A DNA stretch of 62,960 bases, counting the filler, from Octopus bimaculoides (lineage: Eukaryota), in NCBI RefSeq assembly GCF_001194135.2. It is 4 parts of 4 records of this genome, joined end to end, with 100 filler letters (N's around TTAATTAATTAA, not from the genome) between each part and the next. Parts side by side here need not be neighbours in the genome. Positions count along the whole stretch, not along the records: positions 13,542 to 29,875 come from NC_068991.1; 3 more parts are not named here. The stretch is one strand, 5' to 3'. The position numbers and the translations under genes were made by a program. Of this stretch, positions 13,630 to 24,799 are shown piece by piece. The notes below the pieces were generated by a model, which searched no databases, was not told where the DNA came from, and worked only from the letters and a program-made list of their open reading frames with translations. Numbering within the stretch: the stretch's first letter is position 1; each line of letters opens with the position of its first letter.

Positions 13630-14180
13630 GATCAACTCAGAGGTTTTCATTGAATGTTCCGAGGATTGACGATCAACTTCCTGCAATTTCCCGGGATTTC
13701 CTGGAAAATTCCGAAGATTTCATGGAAAGTTCCGAGGATTTAAGATCAGCTTCCTGGAAATTTCTGGGAATTCCCTGGAAAGTTCCGAGGGTTTTCCGGG
13801 GATTCCCTGGAAAGTTCCGAGGATTTCATGGAAAGTCCCGAGGATTTAAGATCAACTTCCTGGAAAATTTTGGGGTTTCCCTGGAAAGTTCCGAGGATCT
13901 AAGATCAACTTCCTGGAAATTTCTGGGGATTCCCTGGGAAGTTCCGATGATTTTCCGGGGGTTCCCTGGAAAGTTCCGAGTATTTCATGGAAAGTTCCGC
14001 GGGTTTCCGGGGATTTCCTGGGAGGTTCCGAGGATTTGAGAACAAATTCCTGGAAAATTCAGGGGATTCCCTGTAAGGTTCCGAGGATTTCATGGGAAGT
14101 TCCAAGGATTTAAGATCAACTTCCCGGAAAAGTCTGGGGATTCCCTGGAAAGTTCCGAGTATTTAAGATCAACTTCCCTG
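13630..14180 (+). repeat. GC-richer minisatellite, about 20-bp unit (TTCCCTGGAAAGTTCCGAGGATT) with higher-order AAGATCAACTTCC punctuation
   Basis: Direct reading; AAGATCAACTTCC variants recur near 13670, 13742, 13847, 13901, 14112, 14165. Confidence 0.85.
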
Positions 14181-15789
14181 CGCCGTAATGATTTCGCCAG
14201 TTCGCTGCGTTAGATTGTACTAAATACTGGTTTAAATGCCAGTAATTTCGGGGGAAGGTTTAAGTTGATTACGTCGATCCCAGTGCTCAACTGATACTCA
14301 TTTTATCAACCTCGGCGGATTTTGACCTCAGAACGTAAAGACGAATGAAATGCCTTTAAGTATTTTGCCCTGCGTACTAAAGATTCTGCTAGCTCGCACC
14401 CTTATATTGCTTTAAATATTAAATGCTCTAAATTACTAACCACTGTTTTCCTGAATATGCGCTGTTGAAAGTGGGATGCATCTAATACGTGCGTAGATCA
14501 CTTATGCCAATGAAAAACGGTATTGTTTCAGTCTTTCTCCGTTCTTGATGGTAGTTTACTTTTGTAGATGTGGTGTATTTCCAATTTTATACAGGCTGCT
14601 TATTCGAAATCGTACTGCAAATTGATTTTCATTTTCATTGCAGACAAAGTTCTATGCATAGTATACATGCATGTGTGTGCATGTGTGTGTGCGTTTGCGT
14701 GTGTGTGTGTGTGTATAAAATTACATATGGTCTTATTAACATTTACGTAATGACAGGTGTGTGTGTGTATCTATGTATATATACATATATATATACATAC
14801 ACTCACACAGAGAGGGAGGCATATAAATATATATATACATATATACATATATATATATATGTATATATACATATATATATATATGTATATATATTTATAT
14901 ATATATATATATANNNNNNNNNNNNNNNNNNNNNNNNNNNNNNNNNNNNNNNNNNNNNNNNNNNNNNNNNNNNNNNNNNNNNNNNNNNNNNNTATATATA
15001 TGTACATGTATATGTACCTATATATGCATACATGCATACATCTGTTAGCCATCTGCGATTATACCTTCTATATTTGTGTACGGACCAAACCATCTCCATT
15101 GAAAAGAAAATGCACGAAGCAGTCATATGCTTAATCTAAATCTCAAAATGCTGACGTGGTAATTTCTCTATAAATCACCCAGTCATTCATTTCAAGACAG
15201 CTCCATCATAAAACTAAACAGTTGGGAACCGGAGATTCCATCGGAAAATTTTCAATAACACCCTTTTCATGAGACCGGAGCTGCAGCCACGAGATAAGAT
15301 AGGATTTCTCAAGCATTGATACGTAGGGATAAAAATACGAAACGTCGGCTTTGTACAGTGAATAAAGCCAGTCAAGAAATCGTCTGCAATGATCACTATT
15401 ATGTGCCTCTGTATTATCTCTTCTTTATGAATATTTATCTCAGTTTTTTGTTGTTGCTTTTTTTTGGGCGGTGGGGTTTCGGGTCAGCAGCCTAGTATGG
15501 GGGTTATGGTGGTACTGAATTGAACAGTATAGTTTTACCTTTAATTCTCATTCATATAGTATTCGATTATAGTTTGCTTTGCAAGGTCTTTTTCGTTTTC
15601 TTTCTTTCTTTTATTTTTTCGGTTACGATCTCAGCGTACCTCTTCCATTTCTCCGTATGTCACTCTTTTCCTTTATTAATAATAATAATATGGATAAATG
15701 CTTCATAGTACTAACCGAAAATACATTTTTATGCAAAACGTTGAGCGAGATGACTCAGTAAAGGAGAGAATAAAATTAAGCCATATAAG

Positions 15790-16130
15790 AAACAACCAGC
15801 ATTCCGTCGGTTACGAAAACGAGCGTTCCAGTTGATCCGATCAACGGAATAGCCTGCTAGAGAAATTATCTGCAAGCGGCTGAGTACTCCACAGACACAT
15901 GTACCCTTCACGTAGTTCTCGGGACGAGATTCAGCGTGACACAGAAAATGGCAAGGCTGGCTCTTTAAATTACATATACGAGTCATTTTTGCCAGCTAAG
16001 TAGACAGAAACAAAATGAAATAAAGTGTCTTGCTCAAGGCGCCACCGGGTATCAAAATGCCCTACTGAGAATCAAACTAATAAGCTTGCGAACGTAGGCT
16101 GAATACGCTAACCACTAAACCACGCGCTTT
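15790..16130 (-). mobile_element. CORE-type SINE (family 4)
   Basis: Reverse complement of the 49990-50312 copy (GTTGATCGGATCAACTGGAA tail; TGTCTTGCTCAAGG core). Confidence 0.75.
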
Positions 16131-16410
16131 CAAAATTAAGCTAGATAACACGTACACCTAGACCTACACACACACACACACACACACGTACACATATTCA
16201 TGCACATATATATGCTTAAATATATGTGTATGTGTGTGTGTGTATAAGTAAAGTTAATCGCCACATCACAGTGGCTGGTCCATGTTACTACTACTAGTTT
16301 AACCCTAGGCAGATCTTCCGGGAGCTGGTTATCGGTGCAGCCCTGTTCCCTGTACATATATATTGCTGGCAGGGGAGCGAACCTCCACCAACCTCCAGCA
16401 CACGATAGGA

Positions 16411-16459
16411 TCACGAGATTGATGCAGTTTCGAGCTAGTTTGCTCATCTTCAGTCGCGA
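16411..16459 (-). ncRNA. Minimal type-I hammerhead ribozyme motif, family B (cleavage triplet mutated to AUC)
   Basis: Minus strand: TCGCGA CTGAAGA T GAGC AAACTA GCTC GAAAC TGCATCA ATC TCGTGA. Confidence 0.7.
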
Positions 16460-16661
16460 ACATCTGATCGCCAGAGAAAACGTCAGATTAACTTGATGTA
16501 GGGATTAACTTTACTTGTTAGTATAGTTACTACTCTCATCTCTTCTTGAGGTTTTACGCCTAGCTACTTTGGTTGTAGCGAATCAGTAACCGATGGTTGC
16601 TTTGTTTACAATATATTGCTGGCCGAAGCGAACTCTGACCATCTCTCTGCCGACCAGGTGT

Positions 16662-16710
16662 TTGCGATTGATGATATACAAACTAGCTCGAAACTGAGAC
16701 AGTCTCGCGG
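16662..16710 (+). ncRNA. Degenerate hammerhead ribozyme motif, family B
   Basis: TTGCGA TTGATGA T ATAC AAACTA GCTC GAAAC TGAGACA GTC TCGCGG; C3 and stem II mutated. Confidence 0.6.
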
Positions 16711-16949
16711 TCCTATCGTCTACTGGAGCATGGTAGGAGTTCACTCCCCTACCAGCAATATACATGTACAGGGTTCTGGGCTGCACCGATAACCAGCTGG
16801 CGGAAGATTTGCCTGGGGTTAAACTAGTAGTAACATGGACCAACCACTTTGATGTGTCGATTAACTTTATTCGTTAGTATAGTTACTACTCTCATCTCTT
16901 CCTGAGATTTTACAACTAGCTACTTTGCTAAAAAAACATACTCTCTTTT

Positions 16950-17515
16950 ACTCTTTTACTTGTTTCAGTCATTTGACTGCGGCCATGCTGGGGAACTGCC
17001 TGTAGTCGAGCAAATCGACCCCAGGACTTATTCTTTGTAAGCCTAGTACTTATTCTATCGGTCTCTTTTGCCGAACCGCTAAGTCACGGGAATGTAAACA
17101 CACAAGCATCGGTTGTCAAGCGAAGTTGGGGGGACAAACACAGACACAAACATAAGTACACACATACATATANNNNNNNNNNNNNNNNNNNNNNNNNNNN
17201 NNNNNNNNNNNNNNNNNNNNNNNNNNNNNNNNNNNNNNNNNNNNNNNNNNNNNNNNNNNNNNNNNNNNNNNNNNNNNNNNNNNNNNNNNNNNNNNNNNNN
17301 NNNNNNNNNNNNNNNNNNNNNNNNNNNNNNNNNNNNNNNNNNNNNNNNNNNNNNNNNNNNNATATATATATATATATATACATATATACGACGGGCTTCT
17401 TTCAGTTTCCGTCTACCAAATTAAGACACTTGCCCAAGGTGCCACGCACTGGGACTGAACCCAGAACCATGTGGTTGGTTAGCAAGCTACTTACCACACA
17501 GCCACTCCTGCGCCT
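16950..17515 (-). mobile_element. SINE family 1 (tRNA head, AAAGCCTTGTGAGTGGATTTGGTAGACGGAAACTGAAAGAAGCCCGTC central domain resembling the Meta domain, internal microsatellite, (GTAAAAGA)n tail)
   Basis: Tail at 16950-16990, head at 17430-17515; an N gap sits in the internal microsatellite. Confidence 0.85.
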
Positions 17516-18424
17516 ACGTGTATATTTATATACACATATGAATACATAGGTCAGTGTGTTAGGGTTTGTCTATATATGTATACATACACAACACATTTAC
17601 ATATACATACCTTGGAGTGTAGCACTCACGGTCGCTAGATCGTGGTTTCGATTCCCAGCCCGGCCACGTGTTTTAATCTTGAACAAAACACTTCACTTTA
17701 CGTTGCTCCAGTCCACTAGTTGTAAATGAACGATACTCCTGGGATACTGCTGGTGGGGTAGCGAAGCGTACTGTGACCAGCGATGAAAACATATCCGACA
17801 GTCTGGTTCAATGTCATGATACTGTGGTATATGTGTGTGCGTGTTGGTGTGTCTACGTCCCCGTAACTGAGCGGTTCGGCAAATGAGTCCGATTGAATAA
17901 GTGTCACGCTTTAATAAAAATGCCTGTCATCGATTATTTCGACTAGAGCCCTGAGATATGTTACACACTGCCTGAATACCAATCTTGAGAAATGAGAATT
18001 CTCAAAACCAGAAAGGAGAAAGCTAATTCGAAGACTACAGATCCAATCCATCACTGGAACTATAAATATCTGTAAAACTTTCCAAAAGTTTATCATTTAA
18101 ATACATATGAGCATGTCTAGATATGCAACTATATGCACGAGAATACATACATAAGGCAAAACATACAAATCTGCACGTATACATGCATACATACATACAT
18201 ACATACATACATACATACATACATACATACATACATACACACATACACACTGCACTCTTTTACCGACACAGTCAGGCCTGCGCATATACTCTTTTTTGTG
18301 TTGGCATACTGAGTTCACTTAAGAGATGGTTAATTCTTTCATTTCCTTTTCCACAAAATCTAAATTCACTCTTTGACTCGGTTTTTTTTTACTCTTATTC
18401 TTTTTTATCATGCTCGTTCTAATG

Positions 18425-18620
18425 GTTTATACTTCAGCGGCTATAATTAGCGATTTAGTTTCTCATTACAAGATTCCATCCGTCAATCTCAACCAGAATT
18501 CTTTACTTCCATCATCTTCAGTACGTTGCATGAATTTACCATGTAATTCCTTCTCTTCCCAATGATTTGATCCGTCTCCTATGAAGGTATTTCTGATCCT
18601 TCTCCTAGATATTCTGTAGT
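18425..18620 (-). mobile_element. R4/Dong-like LINE fragment
   Basis: Minus translation NHWEEKELHGKFMQRTEDDGSKEFWLRLTDGIL**ETKSLIIAAE matches the W..K.LHG.F...W..L....L..ETE..I.AAQ motif. Confidence 0.7.
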
Positions 18621-18765
18621 ATTTAATGCATGCTTAGGATGAAACATTTTGCGTGGTAGCAGGATGGCCTTTCAACACAAAACAATCAACTTTACGAAAC
18701 ACATGTTCACACACGCAGTTACTTATGCGCACACATGAAAACAAGGGTACGTACACATACAATGT

Positions 18766-18807
<42 letters not shown>

Positions 18808-19429
18808 NNNNNNNNNNNNNNNNNNNNNNNNNNNNNNNNNNNNNNNNNNNNNNNNNNNNNNNNNNNNNNNNNNNNNNNNNNNNNNNNNNNNNNNNNNNNN
18901 NNNNNNNNNNNNNNNNNNNNNNNNNNNNNNNNNNNNNNNNNNNNNNNNNNNNNNNNNNNNNNNNNNNNNNNNNNNNNNNNNNNNNNNNNNNNNNNNNNNN
19001 NNNNNNNNNNNNNNNNNNNNNNNNNNNNNNNNNNNNNNNNNNNNNNNNNNNNNNNNNNTATATAGGGAGAATTCACAAGAAAAAAGACGAAAACAGGTGG
19101 TGTTAACGTTCCGAGCCTACGCTCTTCCACAGAAAGGAACACAGAAAGAAACAAGGAGAGAAAATAAAGAATGTGTAGTGGCTAGCGATCTGTCATGATT
19201 AAAATGGGGTAGTTTTGGGGAAGCATTTCGTGGTATAACTTGAAAGGGATGGCACAAAGTAAACTACAAAAGACGAAACAAAGTTGCTATTGTAATTTGT
19301 ATATCTATACTTCGAGGTTCAGAGTCCTTCTTTAGTTCATTTGGAAAAAGCGGTAGTTCGAAAAAAGTTCTTTCTCAGATGTGTGGGGTAGGAAGGAGGA
19401 AGGTGGCATGCGCAGACTGGTGTTGCTAT

Positions 19430-20240
19430 AGAAACCATTCTGCCTCATATATATTTTTTTCTGTTGTTAATAACTGCATTCAATCTGTTAAGGAGGGCCT
19501 CTATGATCCTGAGATTGTCCCTGTTGGGTTGCCCTGATGGAAAATTCAAAATTCTGGGTTTGGCACTTCTTTAAGTATTTCTGCAGTACCCGTGTGCATG
19601 TGTTCTTTCGTAAGGATGTGGAATTTCCTGGTGGTGTTACCTACATTTACTGCAGACTACTTCGAATACTACATAAGCCATTGAGGACGTTTTGATGTCG
19701 TTGACAGGGCAATTGGTATGTGTGCACCCGACAATGTTATCTGCGGTATATTTTTCTGGACAGAATTTTCCTCAGGGATTAACCGGTATCCACCAATTAT
19801 ATGTTGAGTCCTTCCCTGCGGATCACATGTTGTATAGCTGCAGTTATTCTGCCGTTGAAATAGGGCAGTTCAAGGAAGCATTTTTCCGACTTAGCATTAT
19901 AGAACTTCCTCTGTCGCTAACCCACTTTCGTGTTTTGTGGATGCAGTCGTTTATTTGCAGATGGCGGATAGCCGTTGTGTGCTAAATTCTTGAGGAGCCG
20001 TGCGGCCTTGGTAGCTTTGTTAGTTGCTTCACGGCACCTGCCTCTTATGCTTTTGAACTTATTTTGCACGTATGCGTCATTGACTCTAGTAGGCAGGGCT
20101 GATTCGTAGTATACGAACAGGCGCCTACCAGCCACTTTTCTATAGAAATTTGTATAAATGGAACCTTCCTCTGTAATCTTGATTTGGAAATAATAAGATG
20201 CTCTTCACTAAACACTCACAACGGTTTAACCGTCGTGAAA
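19430..20240 (-). mobile_element. Penelope-like element fragment (RT C-terminus, linker, GIY-YIG remnant)
   Basis: KITEEGSIYTNFYRKVAGRRLFVYYESALP...LAHNGYP, then TNCPVNDIKT..AYVVFEVVCSKC and LRIIEAL...IN-like end. Confidence 0.7.
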
Positions 20241-20848
20241 CTAGGATTTGCTACACCTGAAGAGTCTCGTTATTAATCTGGAATCCGACGATGTTAGTCC
20301 AAAACTCGGATTGGGTGCTACATACATACATACATACATACATACATACATACATACATACATGGATTTTTGTACGTATGTATCTATACATATATGTGTG
20401 TGTGTATTTATATATGTGCATATGTGTGCATATATTTATATTTATATAGAGTTTTGCATGGATACGTGTAAGAATCGCATGTAAGCATTTAAATATATGC
20501 ATGTGCATGTGTGTATAGATAGATACATGCACATAAATATATCCATATATACATATACTATATATATGTGTGTGTTTGTGTGTGTGTGTGTTTGATACTC
20601 TTTATAACTGATATAATGGTGCTGGAAGAGGTAGAATGATTTGCATGTATTAATATATGCCTAAGCACATTTACTGATGTTTATGTGTGTACATACACAC
20701 ACACATACACGCATGCATATATACATACACACACACATACAAATATGTATATATGTATATGTATATATATATATGAATAGATAGTTAGATAGAAAGAGGG
20801 CGAAAGAGACAGAGGCAGACAAACAGACAGACAGACAAGCAGGCAGAC

Positions 20849-20916
<68 letters not shown>

Positions 20917-21014
20917 GGGCCGAAAGACAGATAGACGGGCGGACGGACGGACGGACAGACAGATATTTCGCACATCTAATATATCCGAGATCTGTATAGT
21001 CTTTCACTGGATTC

Positions 21015-21087
<73 letters not shown>
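21015..21087 (+). repeat. (AGT)n microsatellite
   Basis: Direct reading. Confidence 0.95.
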
Positions 21088-21088
<1 letters not shown>

Positions 21089-21489
21089 CAACAGCAGCGG
21101 CAGCAGCTTAATATATACGTATGTCTAAAGACGAAGCTGCCGAAGATGGTGAACAGAGAAACGACGTGATTACGCTATTTGCTGTCTCTACGTAACACAG
21201 TTCATCTTTACTTCTTCAACGCTATTTTTTTTTATCTTCATTTATTATCTTCATTTTCCTCTTCATTTTATTAATTTTTTTTTTTTTATCATTACTTGCC
21301 ATTTTCATTTTTAAACTTTATTCTTATTCTCTGACGAAGAAGCTTCCACCCTATCAGGGCTGCTGAAACCTTTCATAGCTGTCATCTTGTTTTACCTGTT
21401 TCATTACTGATATATTCCTCATTAATGTATTCTTAGAATGTTACACATATTTAAAATAACAATGAAGTATATATCATCTTTTATCTTTT

Positions 21490-21720
21490 ACTGGTTTCAA
21501 TCATTTAACAGCAACCATGCTGGGGCACACCGCCTTCAAGGGTTTTAGTCGAACAAATTGACTCCAGGATTTACTTTTTAAAGCCTGGTACTTATTCTAT
21601 CGGGCTCTTTTGCCGAACCACTAATGCTACGAGGAGATAAGCACAACAGTACCGGTTGTCAAAAGCCATGGTGGGAAAACAAACACAGACACAAATACAA
21701 ACATGCATAGACATAGACAT
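21490..21720 (-). mobile_element. SINE family 1, 3' half, degenerate
   Basis: Similar to 16970-17160. Confidence 0.7.
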
Positions 21721-21962
21721 TTATGTATATATATATATATATATATAGTTTATGAGAGGTAATGGTTTCAACAAGACCCAAAGGTGTCAGGTAATGTTGA
21801 GTAAGTGTTATGGACAGACTATTGTTAAGCTCCAGGTTCGGTGATTATGCGAATGAGGAGTCCAACGTAAGTCATATATTAGCATGCATATATATAAAAA
21901 TTTAACAGAATGAGATAAAAATCTAAAGCTGTGAAAGATTTCAGGACATTTATAAAGAGAAG

Positions 21963-22010
21963 GTCTTACAGCTGTTTCCGGGATATTTTATATATCCCTT
22001 CATCGGAGAC
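21963..22010 (-). ncRNA. Minimal hammerhead motif, family A (U4C core mutation)
   Basis: Minus strand: GTCT CCGATGA A GGGATAT ATAAA ATATCCC G GAAAC AGCT GTA AGAC. Confidence 0.6.
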
Positions 22011-22193
22011 GGTGCGGGCAAATGGTTAAGCAAAAGTTATTCTAGAGAAGATATAAGATAGAGAGTGAAGCGGAGGAATAAAAACAGACGTGAGATATGC
22101 AGGGATATCTCACGTCTGTTTTCATTCCTCCACTTCACTCTCTATTTCATATCTTCTTATCGAATAACTATTGCTTAACCATTTTCTCGCACC

Positions 22194-22241
22194 GTCTCTG
22201 AAGAAGGGATATATATAATATCCCAGAAACAGGTGTAAGAC
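22194..22241 (+). ncRNA. Minimal hammerhead motif, family A (core intact)
   Basis: GTCT CTGAAGA A GGGATAT ATATA ATATCCC A GAAAC AGGT GTA^AGAC; predicted cut after 22237. Confidence 0.7.
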
Positions 22242-22295
22242 CTCTTTATAAATGTTATGAAATCTTTCACAGCCTTGGATTTTTATCTTATTCTG

Positions 22296-22335
<40 letters not shown>

Positions 22336-23330
22336 TGAGGGTGATAAATTGAATATTATTTTCAATTTAAAACCAGTGGTCTAGCACATAAAAAATCTGA
22401 TAATTCAGAAAAATTGTATTACATGCGTATAAGATGAACCACAAATGATTTTACATAAGTAAGAGAGTTAATGGCGAAACCTGGTACACAATTAATTCTT
22501 TATTTTTATATATTTTCCATTTCGTCCTGCCCGCCTGAACTCTGTGTATNNNNNNNNNNNNNNNNNNNNNNNNNNNNNNNNNNNNNNNNNNNNNNNNNNN
22601 NNNNNNNNNNNNNNNNNNNNNNNNNNNNNNNNNNNNNNNNNNNNNNNNNNNNNNNNNNNNNNNNNNNNNNNNNNNNNNNNNNNNNNNNNNNNNNNNNNNN
22701 NNNNNNNNNNNNNNNNNNNNNNNNNNNNNNNNNNNNNNNNNNNNNNNNNNNNNNNNNNNNNNNNNNNNNNNNNNNNNNNNNNNNNNNNNNNNNNNNNNNN
22801 NNNNNNNNNNNNNNNNNNNNNNNNNNNNNNNNNNNNNNNNNNNNNNNNNNNNNNNNNNNNNNNNNNNNNNNNNNNNNNNNNNNNNNNNNNNNNNNNNNNN
22901 NNNNNNNNNNNNNNNNNNNNNNNNNNNNNNNNNNNNNNNNNNNNNNNNNNNNNNNNNNNNNNNNNNNNNNNNNNNNNNNNNNNNNNNNNNNNNNNNNNNN
23001 NNNNNNNNNNNNNNNNNNNNNNNNNNNNNNNNNNNNNNNNNNNNNNNNNNNNNNNNNNNNNNNNNNNNNNNNNNNNNNNNNNNNNNNNNNNNNNNNNNNN
23101 NNNNNNNNNNNNNNNNNNNNNNNNNNNNNNNNNNNNNNNNNNNNNNNNNNNNNNNNNNNNNNNNNNNNNNNNNNNNNNNNNNNNNNNNNNNNNNNNNNNN
23201 NNNNNNNNNNNNNNNNNNNNNNNNNNNNNNNNNNNNNNNNNNNNNNNNNNNNNNNNNNNNNNNNNNNNNNNNNNNNNNNNNNNNNNNNNNNNNNNNNNNN
23301 NNNNNNNNNNNNNNNNNNNNNNNNNNNNNN

Positions 23331-23612
23331 GTATTTATGTATTTATGGGTTTCAGCCAAGTGGCTGTGGTCATGCTGGAGCACCACCGTGATTTTCCGTC
23401 TTTATGCTGTGCTCTCTTCACGTTCCTTGCATGGCTCTTCTCCACTTGATATAGTCCAATCAAGAGTTTTGATGGCACATCTGGTGTATAAGAGAATTTG
23501 ACATCGCTGCCCTAAACTGTGTCTCATTTCGAGCCATTGGTTCGTCTGGTATCGTGGAGAGGAAAGCGTCGAGTTTTGTCTTGAAGACATCCGTGTCTTG
23601 GAGGTCTCTCAG
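23331..23612 (-). mobile_element. CR1-type LINE extreme 3' end (ORF2 C-terminus, stop 23460-23462, 3' UTR stem-loop, octamer tail)
   Basis: LRDLQDTDVFKTKLDAFLSTIPDEPMARNETQFRAAMSNSLIHQMCHQNS*, followed by GGTGCTCCAGCATGACCACAGCCACTTGGCTGAAAC and (ATAAATAC)n. Confidence 0.75.
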
Positions 23613-24120
23613 TAACTTCTGTTATGACTCTATGGAATTGATTGTGTAGTCCCTTGTTGCGTAATTCTTCTTCATGTCCTTTTTGTACTTGTGTGCTTTT
23701 CCTTTCTTCTCTGCTTTCAATTCTCCCTCATTTCTAACTGACACTAGCAAGGTTTCCTTTACTTTGGGCTAGGTATCTCATTAAGCTCTCGAGTCCGATA
23801 CGTAAGTCTTCCAAGCTTATCAGTCCTCTTCCCCCATTTGCTCTCATCATGTATAGGCGATCAGTGTCTGCCCGTGGATGATGGGCTCCATGTTTCGTTA
23901 GGAGCTTTCTTGATTTCCTGTCCATCTCCTTTAGCCCCTCCTCTGTCCACTTCAGGATTCTAGCGCCATACCGAATTAATGCGCGCGAGTTTATAGCCGA
24001 AATTATGTTACTGGTATTCAGCTTTGAAGCCAGTATTTTTCTCACTCTCTGCAGGTACTTTCTTTTCTTTCATGTCGTTGTTTTTGATTCCATCTGCCTC
24101 AAGTATTCCCAGATATTTAT
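23613..24120 (-). mobile_element. R4/Dong-like LINE fragment (RT end/thumb)
   Basis: KYLGILEADGIK...ILASKLNTSNIISAINS...KWTEEGLKEMDRKSRKLLTKHGAHHPRADTDRLYMMRANGGRGL. Confidence 0.8.
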
Positions 24121-24629
24121 AGCTAGATTGAGATTATTATTATTATTGAGTGAGAAAACAGTGCATGCCATCAAAGTGACACTGGGGTACAATTATACGA
24201 AGCCCAATATACACATCATAACTACCCGTCTGATAAGGGTACACCAGGCACATGCATCACAACCACGTGTGCGCGATATGGTGATCTCGTATCAAGATAA
24301 ACAGTGCATGAACTTGCAGGTGGAGTTCAGTTAGAATTTTCTTCAGGTTGAGTAGCCCATTCCGCTCAAAAGGTCCCTGAATATGGTTTGTTTAAGGTGA
24401 TGAACGAAACACCTATGTTTCTAGAGGTGAATCATTCAAACCTCAAAGACTTCTTCTCAACATGTGGCTATGATGCTCCTCCACTACTTCTGCTCGTGAT
24501 CAGAGATGCACATATCGTCATCCACTAAGGGACATGCTCAACTGGTTAAGGTCAAACAACTGATAAGCAAATCTGTGGTGTTGAGCAGAATATTTACTGT
24601 AGCCCATCCTGTTTTACTGTAGCCCATAC

Positions 24630-24630
<1 letters not shown>

Positions 24631-24694
<64 letters not shown>

Positions 24695-24713
24695 TAATAA
24701 TAAAAATAATAAC

Positions 24714-24787
<74 letters not shown>

Positions 24788-24799
24788 CAATAATAATAA
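24631..24799 (+). repeat. (AAT)n microsatellite running into a gap
   Basis: Direct reading. Confidence 0.95.

Larger units (their letters stand above)
16250..16927. mobile_element. Penelope-type pseudo-LTR relic: inverted arms 16250-16488 / 16634-16868 plus 69-bp direct repeat 16503-16571 / 16859-16927
   Basis: Arms are mutual reverse complements and homologous to 32317-32770, which abuts a PLE ORF. Confidence 0.75.
21902..22299. repeat. About 200-bp-arm palindrome with 6-nt loop (22099-22104), probable inverted PLE pseudo-LTR
   Basis: 21902-22098 is the reverse complement of 22105-22299 with scattered mismatches; each arm holds a hammerhead motif. Confidence 0.85.

Noticed and set aside
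13630-14180. CRISPR-like array or coding repeat protein
   Set aside because: No unique spacers; eukaryotic context; open frames follow from the repeat unit lacking stops.
20250-20305. CTGAAGA near the PLE fragment
   Set aside because: No GAAA or NUH in the correct geometry.
21325-21395. CTGACGA...GAAAC...GTC hammerhead-like string
   Set aside because: No stem I or stem III pairing; stem II is mismatched.
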